The notes beneath the pieces are model-generated. The model was not told the origin of the DNA and ran no database searches. It worked only from the letters and a program-made list of their open reading frames with translations. The position numbers and the translations under genes were made by a program. Positions 1 to 12,463 of a DNA stretch of 32,000 nucleotides are shown here, one piece after another. Source of the DNA: Candidatus Arthromitus sp. SFB-mouse-Japan (lineage in GTDB: Bacteria; Bacillota; Clostridia; Clostridiales; Clostridiaceae); NCBI RefSeq assembly GCF_000270205.1, contig NC_015913.1:180001-212000 (forward strand), written 5' to 3'. Every line of letters begins with the position of its first letter. Within the stretch, counting starts at the first letter, position 1.

Positions 1-960
1 AATCAAATGCTAATAACAAGAGATAATTTTAAAAAACAGAGGATTGCCTTACAAGAAGAGATAGACAGATTAAGGGAAGATCAAGAGGATAATGAGAGCT
101 TTATTGCAGAACTTGAAGAATCTTTTGAAGATAAAAAAACATTATCTTCAAAGAATGGTTTAACTATATCTGATTATAGTGAAGAAATTGATAAGCTTAT
201 AAAAGAGAGTGAGGGATTAAGAAAAATTTCATTAGAATTGGAAAGGCAAATGGATACTATACCTGAGATTACAGATGATCAAATAAAGCTTTTAGATAAT
301 GCTATAGTTTTAGCAGAGAATAGTCTGAAGAATATCTCAGATAAAATTGAGATGTGTAAAGATATAACAGCTGATTTTAATGGAGTTATTACGGATATAA
401 AAGTAAACGAAGGGAGTTATACTCAACCAGGATCGGTGATACTTGTTCTTCAGGATCTTCAAAATGTAAAGGGTATCTCTTTAATTCCCCAACAAAATAT
501 TTCAAGTGTAAAAGTTGGGCAAGAAATTGTAATAAACGATCCTATTGGTGTGTATAACGGGAAAATAACAGCTATAAGTGATTTAGCAGTGAATTCTAAC
601 AATTATTTGAATATTATAAATGAAGATATGAGGGATAATTATTTAGTTGCTGATATTGAGATATTAAATCCTAATGATAAATTAAAGGTTGATTTTGATT
701 TAAATGGGAAAATTAATTTAGATAATACAATGGATATTTTAAGGATACCAATAGAGTGTATTTTATATGATGAATCTAATACTCCTTATGTGTTTATAGT
801 TAAAAATAATATCGCTTGTAAAAATATTATATATCCAGGGAAAGTTTCCAATAATTACATAGAAATTGTTGGGGGTATAACTTTAAATGATAGCGTGATT
901 TTAAATCCTCCCAAAACTTTATCTGACAAGACAAAGGTAAAGGTTGTGTCAAATAAATGA
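1..960 (+). CDS. HlyD/MacA-type periplasmic adaptor (membrane fusion protein) of an ABC efflux system; 5' end lies outside the window
   Basis: Frame is open from nt 1. A charged coiled-coil-like N part is followed by beta-barrel-like segments (ADFNGVITDIKVNEGSYTQPGSVILVLQD, VKVGQEIVINDP, YNGKITAISD) typical of HlyD-family adaptors. The TGA stop overlaps the ATG of the next gene (ATGA at 957-960). Confidence 0.75.
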   Translation, partial: NQMLITRDNFKKQRIALQEEIDRLREDQEDNESFIAELEESFEDKKTLSSKNGLTISDYSEEIDKLIKESEGLRKISLELERQMDTIPEITDDQIKLLDNAIVLAENSLKNISDKIEMCKDITADFNGVITDIKVNEGSYTQPGSVILVLQDLQNVKGISLIPQQNISSVKVGQEIVINDPIGVYNGKITAISDLAVNSNNYLNIINEDMRDNYLVADIEILNPNDKLKVDFDLNGKINLDNTMDILRIPIECILYDESNTPYVFIVKNNIACKNIIYPGKVSNNYIEIVGGITLNDSVILNPPKTLSDKTKVKVVSNK

Positions 961-1616
961 TGATGAGTCTTAAGAATATAACAAAGTTTTATAAAGATGG
1001 AAATTTAGAGTATAGAGCTTTATATAATATTTCTTTTGATATAGATTATGGAGAATATGTTTTTATATATGGGGGAAGCGGATCTGGTAAAACTACGTTA
1101 TTAAACATTTTAGGATGTATGGATACTTTTGATTATGGTAAGTATACTTTTTGTGATATGGATATAGGAAATAAAAAAGATATTGAATTATCTAGACTTA
1201 GAAATGAAAAATTCGGTTTTATATCTAACAGTATTAAGTTGATACCTGAGCTTAATTTATTTGAAAATGTTGGAATACCACTTTTGTATTCAAAATTCTC
1301 AAAAGAAGAAAAAAGAGAAAGAATACTCAAATATTTGTCTATGTTTTCTATAGAGAAATATAAATATTTATCTATTGACTCTTTGTGTAAAAAAGATAAG
1401 CAAATGGCTTGTATAGCTAGAGCGTTAGTTGGAGGAGCTAAGATAATTATAGGAGATGAGCCTTGTAAGTACTTAGAAAGAAGTGATTGTAAAGAAATAT
1501 TTGAAATTCTTTTTAGTCTAAATAAACAAGGTATTACTTTAATAATAAGTGGGGCTGAATTAAATCCATACTTAGATGTTGGTAAAGTTATAAATTTAAG
1601 AGATGGAATGATGTAG
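957..1616 (+). CDS. ABC transporter ATP-binding protein, MacB/YknY/LolD type, with eroded catalytic motifs
   Basis: Walker A GGSGSGKTT and Walker B IIIGDEP are present. The Q-loop position reads FISNS, the signature position reads LCKKD instead of LSGGQ (nt 1383-1397), and the H-loop position reads ISGA instead of VTHD. Translationally coupled to the adaptor gene. Confidence 0.85.
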   Translation: MMMSLKNITKFYKDGNLEYRALYNISFDIDYGEYVFIYGGSGSGKTTLLNILGCMDTFDYGKYTFCDMDIGNKKDIELSRLRNEKFGFISNSIKLIPELNLFENVGIPLLYSKFSKEEKRERILKYLSMFSIEKYKYLSIDSLCKKDKQMACIARALVGGAKIIIGDEPCKYLERSDCKEIFEILFSLNKQGITLIISGAELNPYLDVGKVINLRDGMM

Positions 1617-1639
1617 TATAAATTTATTAGGAGGTAGTT

Positions 1640-2848
1640 TTGATTATTGATGATATAAATTTATCCATCAAGATAATTTTGAGAAATAAATTTAGAACAT
1701 TTATAGCGATAATTGGAATAGTCACAGGGGTTAGCTTACTTATAGTTACATTTTCATTATTAAAAATTGGAGAGATGAAGATTTTATCTAATATAGATAA
1801 AATAGGAAAAAATATTATAAAGATAAATATGATAAATTCTGAAAATTCTGATAAATATTTAAAATATTATTTTAATTTTGAAGATATAAAATCTCTAAAG
1901 AATTCAAGTTTATCAATAAATTCAATTTCCCCAGAAGCTTATTTTAAGGGTACTATAAGTAATGAATTTGATAACTTAACATCTTATGTTATAGGTGGTA
2001 CTGAGGATTATAAGGATTTTATGATGATGGAGATGCTCAATGGTAGATTTTTTTCGAGGTATGAGTGCGCAAATAAAGAAAATGTAGTAATAATTGATAA
2101 TGTTATGAGCAATAATTTATTTGGAACAGAGGATTCTATAAATAGAGAAGTTTACATAGGGAATTCTAAAAAATTATGTAAATATAAAGTGATAGGAGTT
2201 ATAAAGCATCCATCCAATATATGGGAAATGAATGATAGTGTAGTATCGTTTTCCATAATACCTATTTCTACATATGTAAAGGATTTTAATAAGGATCCAT
2301 TCTTTGATTATTTGTATATCTCTTTAAATAATAAGAAGGATATGAATATAATTGGTGACTCAATAATTAATTTTTTAAAGATTAAGAATAATATTACAAA
2401 GGATATATATAAGGTGGAAAATTTTTTAAGATCTGAAGATAAAATAAATGAAATAAATAATTTGATTATTAAAATAATAAGGATAATTGGATATATATTC
2501 ATAGTTATAAGTGGAATTAATATAACAAATGTTATGCTTTTTAGTGTTAATAATAGAGTTAATGAAATAGGATTGAGAAAAATAAGTGGAGCAAATAAGT
2601 ATGATATATTTATTCAATTTATAACTGAATCTTCTATATTATCTTTAGTAGGGGGTATAATTGGGGTATTTTTAGGTAGTATGGTTACATTTTTTTTAGG
2701 TAGGATAATAAATGAAAATTTAAATATTAATTTTATAAATTTATTTAGATTTTTAATAATTTCCTTAATTACTGGAGTTATATTTGGGCTATTTCCAGCG
2801 ATTAAAGCCTGTAATATTAATTTAGCAGATATTTTTAATAATGAATAA
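1640..2848 (+). CDS. ABC transporter permease, FtsX/MacB family
   Basis: TTG start 8 nt after AGGAGG. N-terminal TM, a ~230 aa extracytoplasmic domain, then a C-terminal 3-TM FtsX-like block (GLRKISGANKYDIFIQFITESSILSLVGGIIGVFLG). Gene order adaptor-ATPase-permease matches YknXYZ/MacAB modules. Confidence 0.85.
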   Translation: MIIDDINLSIKIILRNKFRTFIAIIGIVTGVSLLIVTFSLLKIGEMKILSNIDKIGKNIIKINMINSENSDKYLKYYFNFEDIKSLKNSSLSINSISPEAYFKGTISNEFDNLTSYVIGGTEDYKDFMMMEMLNGRFFSRYECANKENVVIIDNVMSNNLFGTEDSINREVYIGNSKKLCKYKVIGVIKHPSNIWEMNDSVVSFSIIPISTYVKDFNKDPFFDYLYISLNNKKDMNIIGDSIINFLKIKNNITKDIYKVENFLRSEDKINEINNLIIKIIRIIGYIFIVISGINITNVMLFSVNNRVNEIGLRKISGANKYDIFIQFITESSILSLVGGIIGVFLGSMVTFFLGRIINENLNINFINLFRFLIISLITGVIFGLFPAIKACNINLADIFNNE

Positions 2849-3353
2849 AAAAAATATTATTGGGAATAATGAGATATATTTATTGTGGGGTGATGTCACT
2901 TTGTTGTACAATGATGATTTTAATAATCATGTTTCAGGTGAAACGGAGAATTTTAATAATGGATATTCATTTGATGGTGAGTATTCTGGAAATAATTTAG
3001 GTGATTTTAACTATGATTCACAGGATAGTATTTCAAATATTGTTCAATATTATAATAATAGGGAATCGTATTTAAAGAGTTTGGTAAGCAATTTTTCAAG
3101 TAATAATCTAAATATAGAAAACCAAATAATTGAGTTATTCAATAATGTAAGAAATATTTTAGAAAATAGAGATTTAAATCTTATAAAAAATTCTATAAAC
3201 TCTATTTCTCAAGGAAGAGAAAATGCACTTAGATTTATAAATGATCAAAATAATTATTTGGACGAAAACACAAAGCAAATTATGAATGTGATAATAGACG
3301 AGTATTCTAATCACTTAAATTATTTAAATAAGGCTGTTAATATTTTAAGGTAA
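2841..3353 (+). CDS. hypothetical protein (170 aa), Asn/Asp-rich N half and predicted helical C half; no signal peptide
   Basis: The ATG overlaps the end of the FtsX permease gene by 8 nt, which suggests translational coupling. I recognise no motif. Confidence 0.6.
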   Translation: MNKKNIIGNNEIYLLWGDVTLLYNDDFNNHVSGETENFNNGYSFDGEYSGNNLGDFNYDSQDSISNIVQYYNNRESYLKSLVSNFSSNNLNIENQIIELFNNVRNILENRDLNLIKNSINSISQGRENALRFINDQNNYLDENTKQIMNVIIDEYSNHLNYLNKAVNILR

Positions 3354-3430
3354 TATCTAAGTTAATCTTAAAAATTTTATAGGCTTATAAATATTTTCAT
3401 TATTGTTTGAATTTTAAGAGGGAGATTGTA

Positions 3431-4513
3431 GTGAATCATATAACTGGTAAACGACATTATGCTACTATTATATATATTTTACTTATATCATATTTTATAT
3501 TTTTAGTAACGACAGGTCTTGGAATATTGCAATATGGGAGTACTAAAAATTTAGATTTTTTAAAGAATAAATATGAGGAAATTGAAGGAAAATACAATTA
3601 TTTAATAAGTAATATGTCTGTAGGAAATATAGAGGAGAATAATAGGGAAATATTATATTTAGATGAAATGAGAAGTGAGATACTGGATAGTGTTGATAAG
3701 GAAGGAGAATTTTGGAAAGTTGAGTTAAAAAATATTATATTACAAAAAGAGGAATTACTTTTAAAAAGTTCTTTTGACAGAGATACGAATTATTTGCGTT
3801 TGAAAAATGAAACTGATGAGTACAATCTGTATTATAGTTTAGGTAAGAAACCTTTAGATTATTTAGATGGATTTTTTATAAGGTATTTTCTATTTCTTTT
3901 TAATAGTTTAGGACATCAAATATTTTTAACTTGTACAGTTTTGGGGATATGTTATTTATATATAAGTGATACGAAGTATATAGGATTTTTTAAAACAATA
4001 GGTATTATCTGTGTACCTTTATTATGTATACAAATATTTAGTTTAATTTTTTGTATAGCGTTAGATAGTAAGATAGATATATTTTACCCTGTACGTGTTG
4101 TTGGTGATTTTAATATTTATAATTTTAATAATAATTTATCGACAATAAATAATGTTCTCCCCTTGTATATCGTTATTTTAAAAGTTTTATTATTAGAAGG
4201 ATTATACATAGTTTTTATAGTTAGTTTTATAAAAATTATTGATTTAGTATTCGTTCGATATTGTATGAAAATTATGGGAATATTGGTTTTTTTATTTAGT
4301 ATGTTTGGGATGTTATACACGAGATATTCAAGTATATCATTTTTATCTTATGGTAAATTTTTAGATATAGTTAGAGGATATGAGGCTATTTATAGGGGAG
4401 ATACATATTTGAATATTAAATTTTTATCAATATTTATATTTTTTGTTTTGGTAATTTTAGGTTTTATATATTTTTTAAAAAAATATTTTTTGAATGATGA
4501 GTATGTAAGTTGA
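3431..4513 (+). CDS. hypothetical polytopic membrane protein with ABC-2-permease-like topology (1 TM, ~110 aa loop, then ~5 TM)
   Basis: The ORF track starts at TTG 3407. GTG 3431 sits 6 nt after GAGGGAG (3418-3424) and is the better start. Hydrophobic segments are visible in the translation; no catalytic motif recognised. Confidence 0.6.
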   Translation: MNHITGKRHYATIIYILLISYFIFLVTTGLGILQYGSTKNLDFLKNKYEEIEGKYNYLISNMSVGNIEENNREILYLDEMRSEILDSVDKEGEFWKVELKNIILQKEELLLKSSFDRDTNYLRLKNETDEYNLYYSLGKKPLDYLDGFFIRYFLFLFNSLGHQIFLTCTVLGICYLYISDTKYIGFFKTIGIICVPLLCIQIFSLIFCIALDSKIDIFYPVRVVGDFNIYNFNNNLSTINNVLPLYIVILKVLLLEGLYIVFIVSFIKIIDLVFVRYCMKIMGILVFLFSMFGMLYTRYSSISFLSYGKFLDIVRGYEAIYRGDTYLNIKFLSIFIFFVLVILGFIYFLKKYFLNDEYVS

Positions 4514-4521
4514 TAAAGAAA

Positions 4522-4935
4522 TTATTTTGTATATACGAAATTTGTATTGCAATCTTTTACCCAACCATTTATTTTATTTCCATTTTGATTATTTATTGAT
4601 ACTTCGTACCATAAAATATTCATTATATATATTTTAGAAATTATATCTACAGAGGAGTTCTCGGAAAGTTCTAATAATTTAGGAGAAAAATCGAATGGGG
4701 CTAATTTTATAGTTGTAGTGTTTTTTATACATACGTTTTTTATATTCAGTAGTGTAGGTTTAAACTCAAGATTTTTAGTATTATTATAAATATTTTTTGT
4801 GTTATCGATTTTTTTTAGCAATAGATGATTTTGTTTTGATATATATAATATTTTTATTTTTTGTTTTTCAATCTTATTTAAAAGATATAAAATGATTACA
4901 AACATAATTGTAATTAAAATAATAAATAATTTCAT
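4522..4935 (-). CDS. hypothetical membrane-anchored protein with an SH3b-like C-terminal region
   Basis: N-terminal TM (LFIILITIMFVIILYLL). The C-terminal pattern (WYEVSINNQNGNKINGWVKDCN) resembles bacterial SH3 domains. Convergent with the upstream gene, 8 nt apart. Confidence 0.5.
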   Translation of the reverse strand: MKLFIILITIMFVIILYLLNKIEKQKIKILYISKQNHLLLKKIDNTKNIYNNTKNLEFKPTLLNIKNVCIKNTTTIKLAPFDFSPKLLELSENSSVDIISKIYIMNILWYEVSINNQNGNKINGWVKDCNTNFVYTK

Positions 4936-5031
4936 AATTTAAACCTCAGAATTAATTTTATATAAAAAAATTATATTTATTAAAAAGTAGAAATATGATA
5001 AAAGAATTTAGGTAAAATGTGTAGAAAGGTA

Positions 5032-5061
5032 TTGACATGGTGGTATGAAGTTTGGTAATAT
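5032..5061 (+). promoter_or_regulatory. sigma-A-type promoter of the rRNA operon
   Basis: TTGACA (5032-5037), 18-nt spacer, then TGgTAATAT, an extended -10 (TG 5053-5054, hexamer 5056-5061). An A/T-rich UP-like tract lies upstream. About 120 nt before the 16S gene. Confidence 0.6.
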
Positions 5062-5109
5062 GAGTGAGTTAGCTGTGGGACAGCCAGGAGGAAGGTTAGA
5101 TAGATTATA

Positions 5110-5124
5110 GATCATTGACAATTG
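5110..5124 (+). promoter_or_regulatory. boxA-like rrn antitermination element (16S leader)
   Basis: GATCATTGACAATTG closely resembles GATCTTTGAAAATTG in the 16S-23S spacer and the Firmicute boxA theme (TCTTTGAAAA). It also forms part of the 16S processing stem. Confidence 0.45.
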
Positions 5125-5179
5125 GATAGGGAAAAGGAATGAAGAGAAGAAGTCAACGTTAATTTTGAGAGACTGGGAG

Positions 5180-6706
<1,527 letters not shown>

Positions 6707-6778
6707 AAGAAAGAAGTGGATAACTTTTTCCTATTCAATTGTGAGTGACCTATAATTGGAAGGTTACTTAAGGATATA

Positions 6779-6793
6779 GATCTTTGAAAATTG
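6779..6793 (+). promoter_or_regulatory. boxA-like element in the 16S-23S spacer
   Basis: GATCTTTGAAAATTG. It overlaps the 5' half of the 23S processing stem (6781-6804, pairing with 9789-9812). Confidence 0.45.
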
Positions 6794-6880
6794 TATATAA
6801 ATAGTAAAGATGCGAAAGGTAGCAAGTTAAATTATTAGCAATAGTAATTTAAGAGCTGGAAGAATATAGAAAGAAAAATA

Positions 6881-9774
<2,894 letters not shown>

Positions 9775-9829
9775 AATTAGCAATATATTATTTATATACA
9801 ATTTTGAGAGATTAAAATATTTCTCAATA

Positions 9830-9945
9830 TCTGGTGATTATAACGTGTAGGCAACACCCCTATCCATACCGAACAGGAAGGTTAAGCTACACTGTGCTGA
9901 TGGTACTATAGGGTTACCCCTATGGAAGAGTAAGTCATTGCCAGT
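9830..9945 (+). rRNA. rrf: 5S ribosomal RNA
   Basis: TCTGGTGAT...CCATACCGAACAGGAAGGTTAAGC...ATTGCCAG. The terminal helix pairs 9831-9838 with 9937-9944. Confidence 0.92.
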
Positions 9946-9952
9946 TTGTTTT

Positions 9953-9987
9953 AGAAGTAAGAGCATCGCTCTTACTTCTTTTTGTTT
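9953..9987 (+). terminator. rho-independent terminator of the rRNA operon
   Basis: Perfect 12-bp stem AGAAGTAAGAGC / GCTCTTACTTCT (9953-9964 / 9968-9979) followed by TTTTGTTT. Confidence 0.85.
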
Positions 9988-10013
9988 ACTATAATATATT
10001 ATTTGGAGGAATT

Positions 10014-10925
10014 ATGATAAATTATAATTTGGATCGTAATAGCATGGATTTTAATTCAACTAATATTCCAATTAATGAAAGTAATTTTAAACCTAAGTTT
10101 TATGTTATTTTTATTATAGTACTATCTATATATTATTTCTTTTCTCCAATACTTTCACAAATTATTATTAATATTTTTAGAAATAACTTTAATTTTGATG
10201 AATTGAATTTGTTATCTGAATTATTTTATAGATTATTTCTACCTAATTTTTCCATATTATTGATATTATTTCTTTACATATTGTTAATTGAAGAAAGGAA
10301 ATTGGGTTTTTTATTTATAGGGATAAAAAAGAACTTTGCACTATCTAACATTAAAGGCCTGATATTATCAATAATTTTTTTGTTTTTATTGGTATTTGTA
10401 TTTATTATTAAAGATCAAGTTATATTTTTTAAATTTAATAGTGAATTTAGTTTTACAACTGTTTTTCAGCTTTTATTGGTTTTTATATTTATTTATATAG
10501 AAATATTTTTTTTAGAAATATTGTATAGAGGATGGCTAATTAATATACTTAATTCAAGATATAATATTTATTTATCTTTGGTACTTGCTTCTCTACTTTT
10601 TACTCTTATATATTTTATAGAGTATCAAAGATTGGGAATATACTTATTATATGTGTTTATTTTTAATATATTTTTATCATTTATGTTTTTGATTTATAAA
10701 AATATATTTGTAGTTACCTCATTTCATGCATTTTATAAATTTTTAAAGCAGTATGTTTTATCTATAGAGGATATGGAAATAAAATTAAATTCTATTTTTT
10801 ATACGGGTATAGATATTAATAATGCTATTTATAATATTGAAAATAGTAAATATTCTTTAATTATAATTATTAGTTTAACTATTGTTGCATTTATGATTTA
10901 TAACTCTAAAAATAAAAATAATTAA
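10014..10925 (+). CDS. polytopic membrane protein, CPBP (CAAX protease/Abi)-like, with substituted motif residues
   Basis: About 8 hydrophobic segments. The segment IEIFFLEILYRGWL resembles CPBP motif 1 (EExxxR), LLFTLIY resembles motif 2 (FxxxH), and SFHAFYKF resembles motif 3 (HxxxN). ATG follows GGAGGA. Confidence 0.55.
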   Translation: MINYNLDRNSMDFNSTNIPINESNFKPKFYVIFIIVLSIYYFFSPILSQIIINIFRNNFNFDELNLLSELFYRLFLPNFSILLILFLYILLIEERKLGFLFIGIKKNFALSNIKGLILSIIFLFLLVFVFIIKDQVIFFKFNSEFSFTTVFQLLLVFIFIYIEIFFLEILYRGWLINILNSRYNIYLSLVLASLLFTLIYFIEYQRLGIYLLYVFIFNIFLSFMFLIYKNIFVVTSFHAFYKFLKQYVLSIEDMEIKLNSIFYTGIDINNAIYNIENSKYSLIIIISLTIVAFMIYNSKNKNN

Positions 10926-10974
10926 TATTTGTAGAAATTTTAAATTTTTTAGTTCTTAATTATATTTTGAATAG

Positions 10975-11003
10975 TTGAATTTTGTAGTAATATATGGTAT
11001 AAA
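10975..11003 (+). promoter_or_regulatory. putative promoter for the AlkP-like/PAP2 gene pair
   Basis: TTGAAT (10975-10980), 17-nt spacer, TGgTATAAA extended -10 (10995-11003). This predicts a ~160-nt leader. Confidence 0.45.
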
Positions 11004-11172
11004 TAAAGTATGCTTTATAGAAAGTATAAAGCATGAGATGTGTTGAATTTATAATCCCAAAGGATAGATACATCTGAAAATTCCCCTCTCTACCACATTT
11101 TTGTGGTAGAGCCCCCAATTCGTATTGATTGTATGGTTTTTGGCTTTTATATTTTTAAAAAGGTGAGTAATT

Positions 11173-12462
11173 ATGAAACAATATATTTTGGTTATTTTTA
11201 TTAATTCTTTAATGAGTAGAGACTATGATATTATAAAGGAATTCGATAACTTTAATTATATTATTTCAAAAGGTTCAGTTGTTAGAAAGGTTAAAAATCA
11301 TTATCCTAATTTTAAAAATCCAGTTAATACAACCATTCTTACTGGAGAGCCTCCCGAAAAACATGGAATTTATTTTAATAATTATAATGTTAAAGTTAGG
11401 AAATATAGAGATAAAGAATATGAGGATATTCAATCTCCTAATATATTAGATTTATTTAAGAGTAATGGAAACAATGTTAGTGTTATTTCTTGGCCTAATG
11501 TAGGTTATAGTAGTTTTAAGTACAATTTTTCAGATATTAATAGTGTAAATATAAAGGATTTATTTAGGGGAATTGTAAAAGGTTCTTCTTTTTATATGCT
11601 TAGAAATATATTTAAATATTTAAATGTATTGAGAATTGGAATACAGCCAGAAGCAGATAATTTTTCATCTATTTTAGCTATGGAAATTTTAGAAAGTAAA
11701 AAATCTAATATTTTGTTTATGAATTTTAATCATTTAGATTATGTAAGACAGAGATATGGAATTAATTATGGACAAACTTCATTTGATGCATTAAGAGATA
11801 TTGATAGAAAAATAGGGGATTTGCTTGCATGGTGTGATAATAAAAATATATTGGGTAATTTGACATTATCACTAGTATCAGGAGGAAGTCCATGTGAATG
11901 TAAATATATAATAAATATTAATTATATGTTTATCAAGAGTGGATTATTGAGTGTTACTAAAAGTGGAAGAATTGACAATTACATAGCTTATGCTCATTGT
12001 GAAGGTGGTAGTGCATTTGTATATTTAAAAAATCCAAATAACATTAATGATTATGGAAAGGTTAAGGTGTTTTTGGATGATATAACTAAGAAGTATAGTA
12101 ATTATATTAAATGTGTTCATGAAGTATCAGAGTATGAAAGATTTAATTTAGATGAATTTTCTTTTAGAATAGAAGGACGTGTTTTTTGTATTTTTAGTGG
12201 AGAATTAGATAAAAAGGAATTTATAGATAATATGACAGTGTTTTCTTATATTAATGAAAAGATTAATAAATCATTTTATGGATATTCTAATGATTATGAG
12301 AATTCACAAGGGATGTTTATTAATTATGGTTATAAAATTAGACAAGGTATTGAGTTAAGTGAGTGTAATCTCGTAGATATTGCACCAACTATAGCATCTT
12401 TTATGGGACTTGATTTTAGGAGTAGTGGTAGAATTATTAGAGATATTTTGGAGGAACGTTGA
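11173..12462 (+). CDS. alkaline-phosphatase-superfamily (nucleotide pyrophosphatase/phosphodiesterase-like) protein, probably non-catalytic
   Basis: The block YPNFKNPVNTTILTGEPPEKHGIY aligns by eye with the NPP motif P-S-x-T-F-P-N-H-x-x-x-x-T-G-x-x-P-x-x-H-G-I. An N-terminal ILVIFINSLMSRDY aligns with the ISIDGLRxD block. RBS AAGGTGAG. Confidence 0.75.
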   Translation: MKQYILVIFINSLMSRDYDIIKEFDNFNYIISKGSVVRKVKNHYPNFKNPVNTTILTGEPPEKHGIYFNNYNVKVRKYRDKEYEDIQSPNILDLFKSNGNNVSVISWPNVGYSSFKYNFSDINSVNIKDLFRGIVKGSSFYMLRNIFKYLNVLRIGIQPEADNFSSILAMEILESKKSNILFMNFNHLDYVRQRYGINYGQTSFDALRDIDRKIGDLLAWCDNKNILGNLTLSLVSGGSPCECKYIININYMFIKSGLLSVTKSGRIDNYIAYAHCEGGSAFVYLKNPNNINDYGKVKVFLDDITKKYSNYIKCVHEVSEYERFNLDEFSFRIEGRVFCIFSGELDKKEFIDNMTVFSYINEKINKSFYGYSNDYENSQGMFINYGYKIRQGIELSECNLVDIAPTIASFMGLDFRSSGRIIRDILEER

Positions 12463-12463
12463 T

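Noticed and set aside
5115-5120. A second TTGACA upstream of 16S as a possible P2 promoter.
   Set aside because: No acceptable -10 lies 16-19 nt downstream (AATGAA). The hexamer is explained as part of the boxA-like element and the 16S processing stem.
12410-12463. The ORF-track start for the PAP2 gene (TTG 12410), implying a 53-nt overlap with the upstream gene. Similar over-extended track starts occur at 17959 (cls), 3407 and 30612.
   Set aside because: These are longest-ORF artefacts. Starts with proper SD spacing exist downstream (12464, 17920, 3431, 30615), and they match the expected family N-termini.
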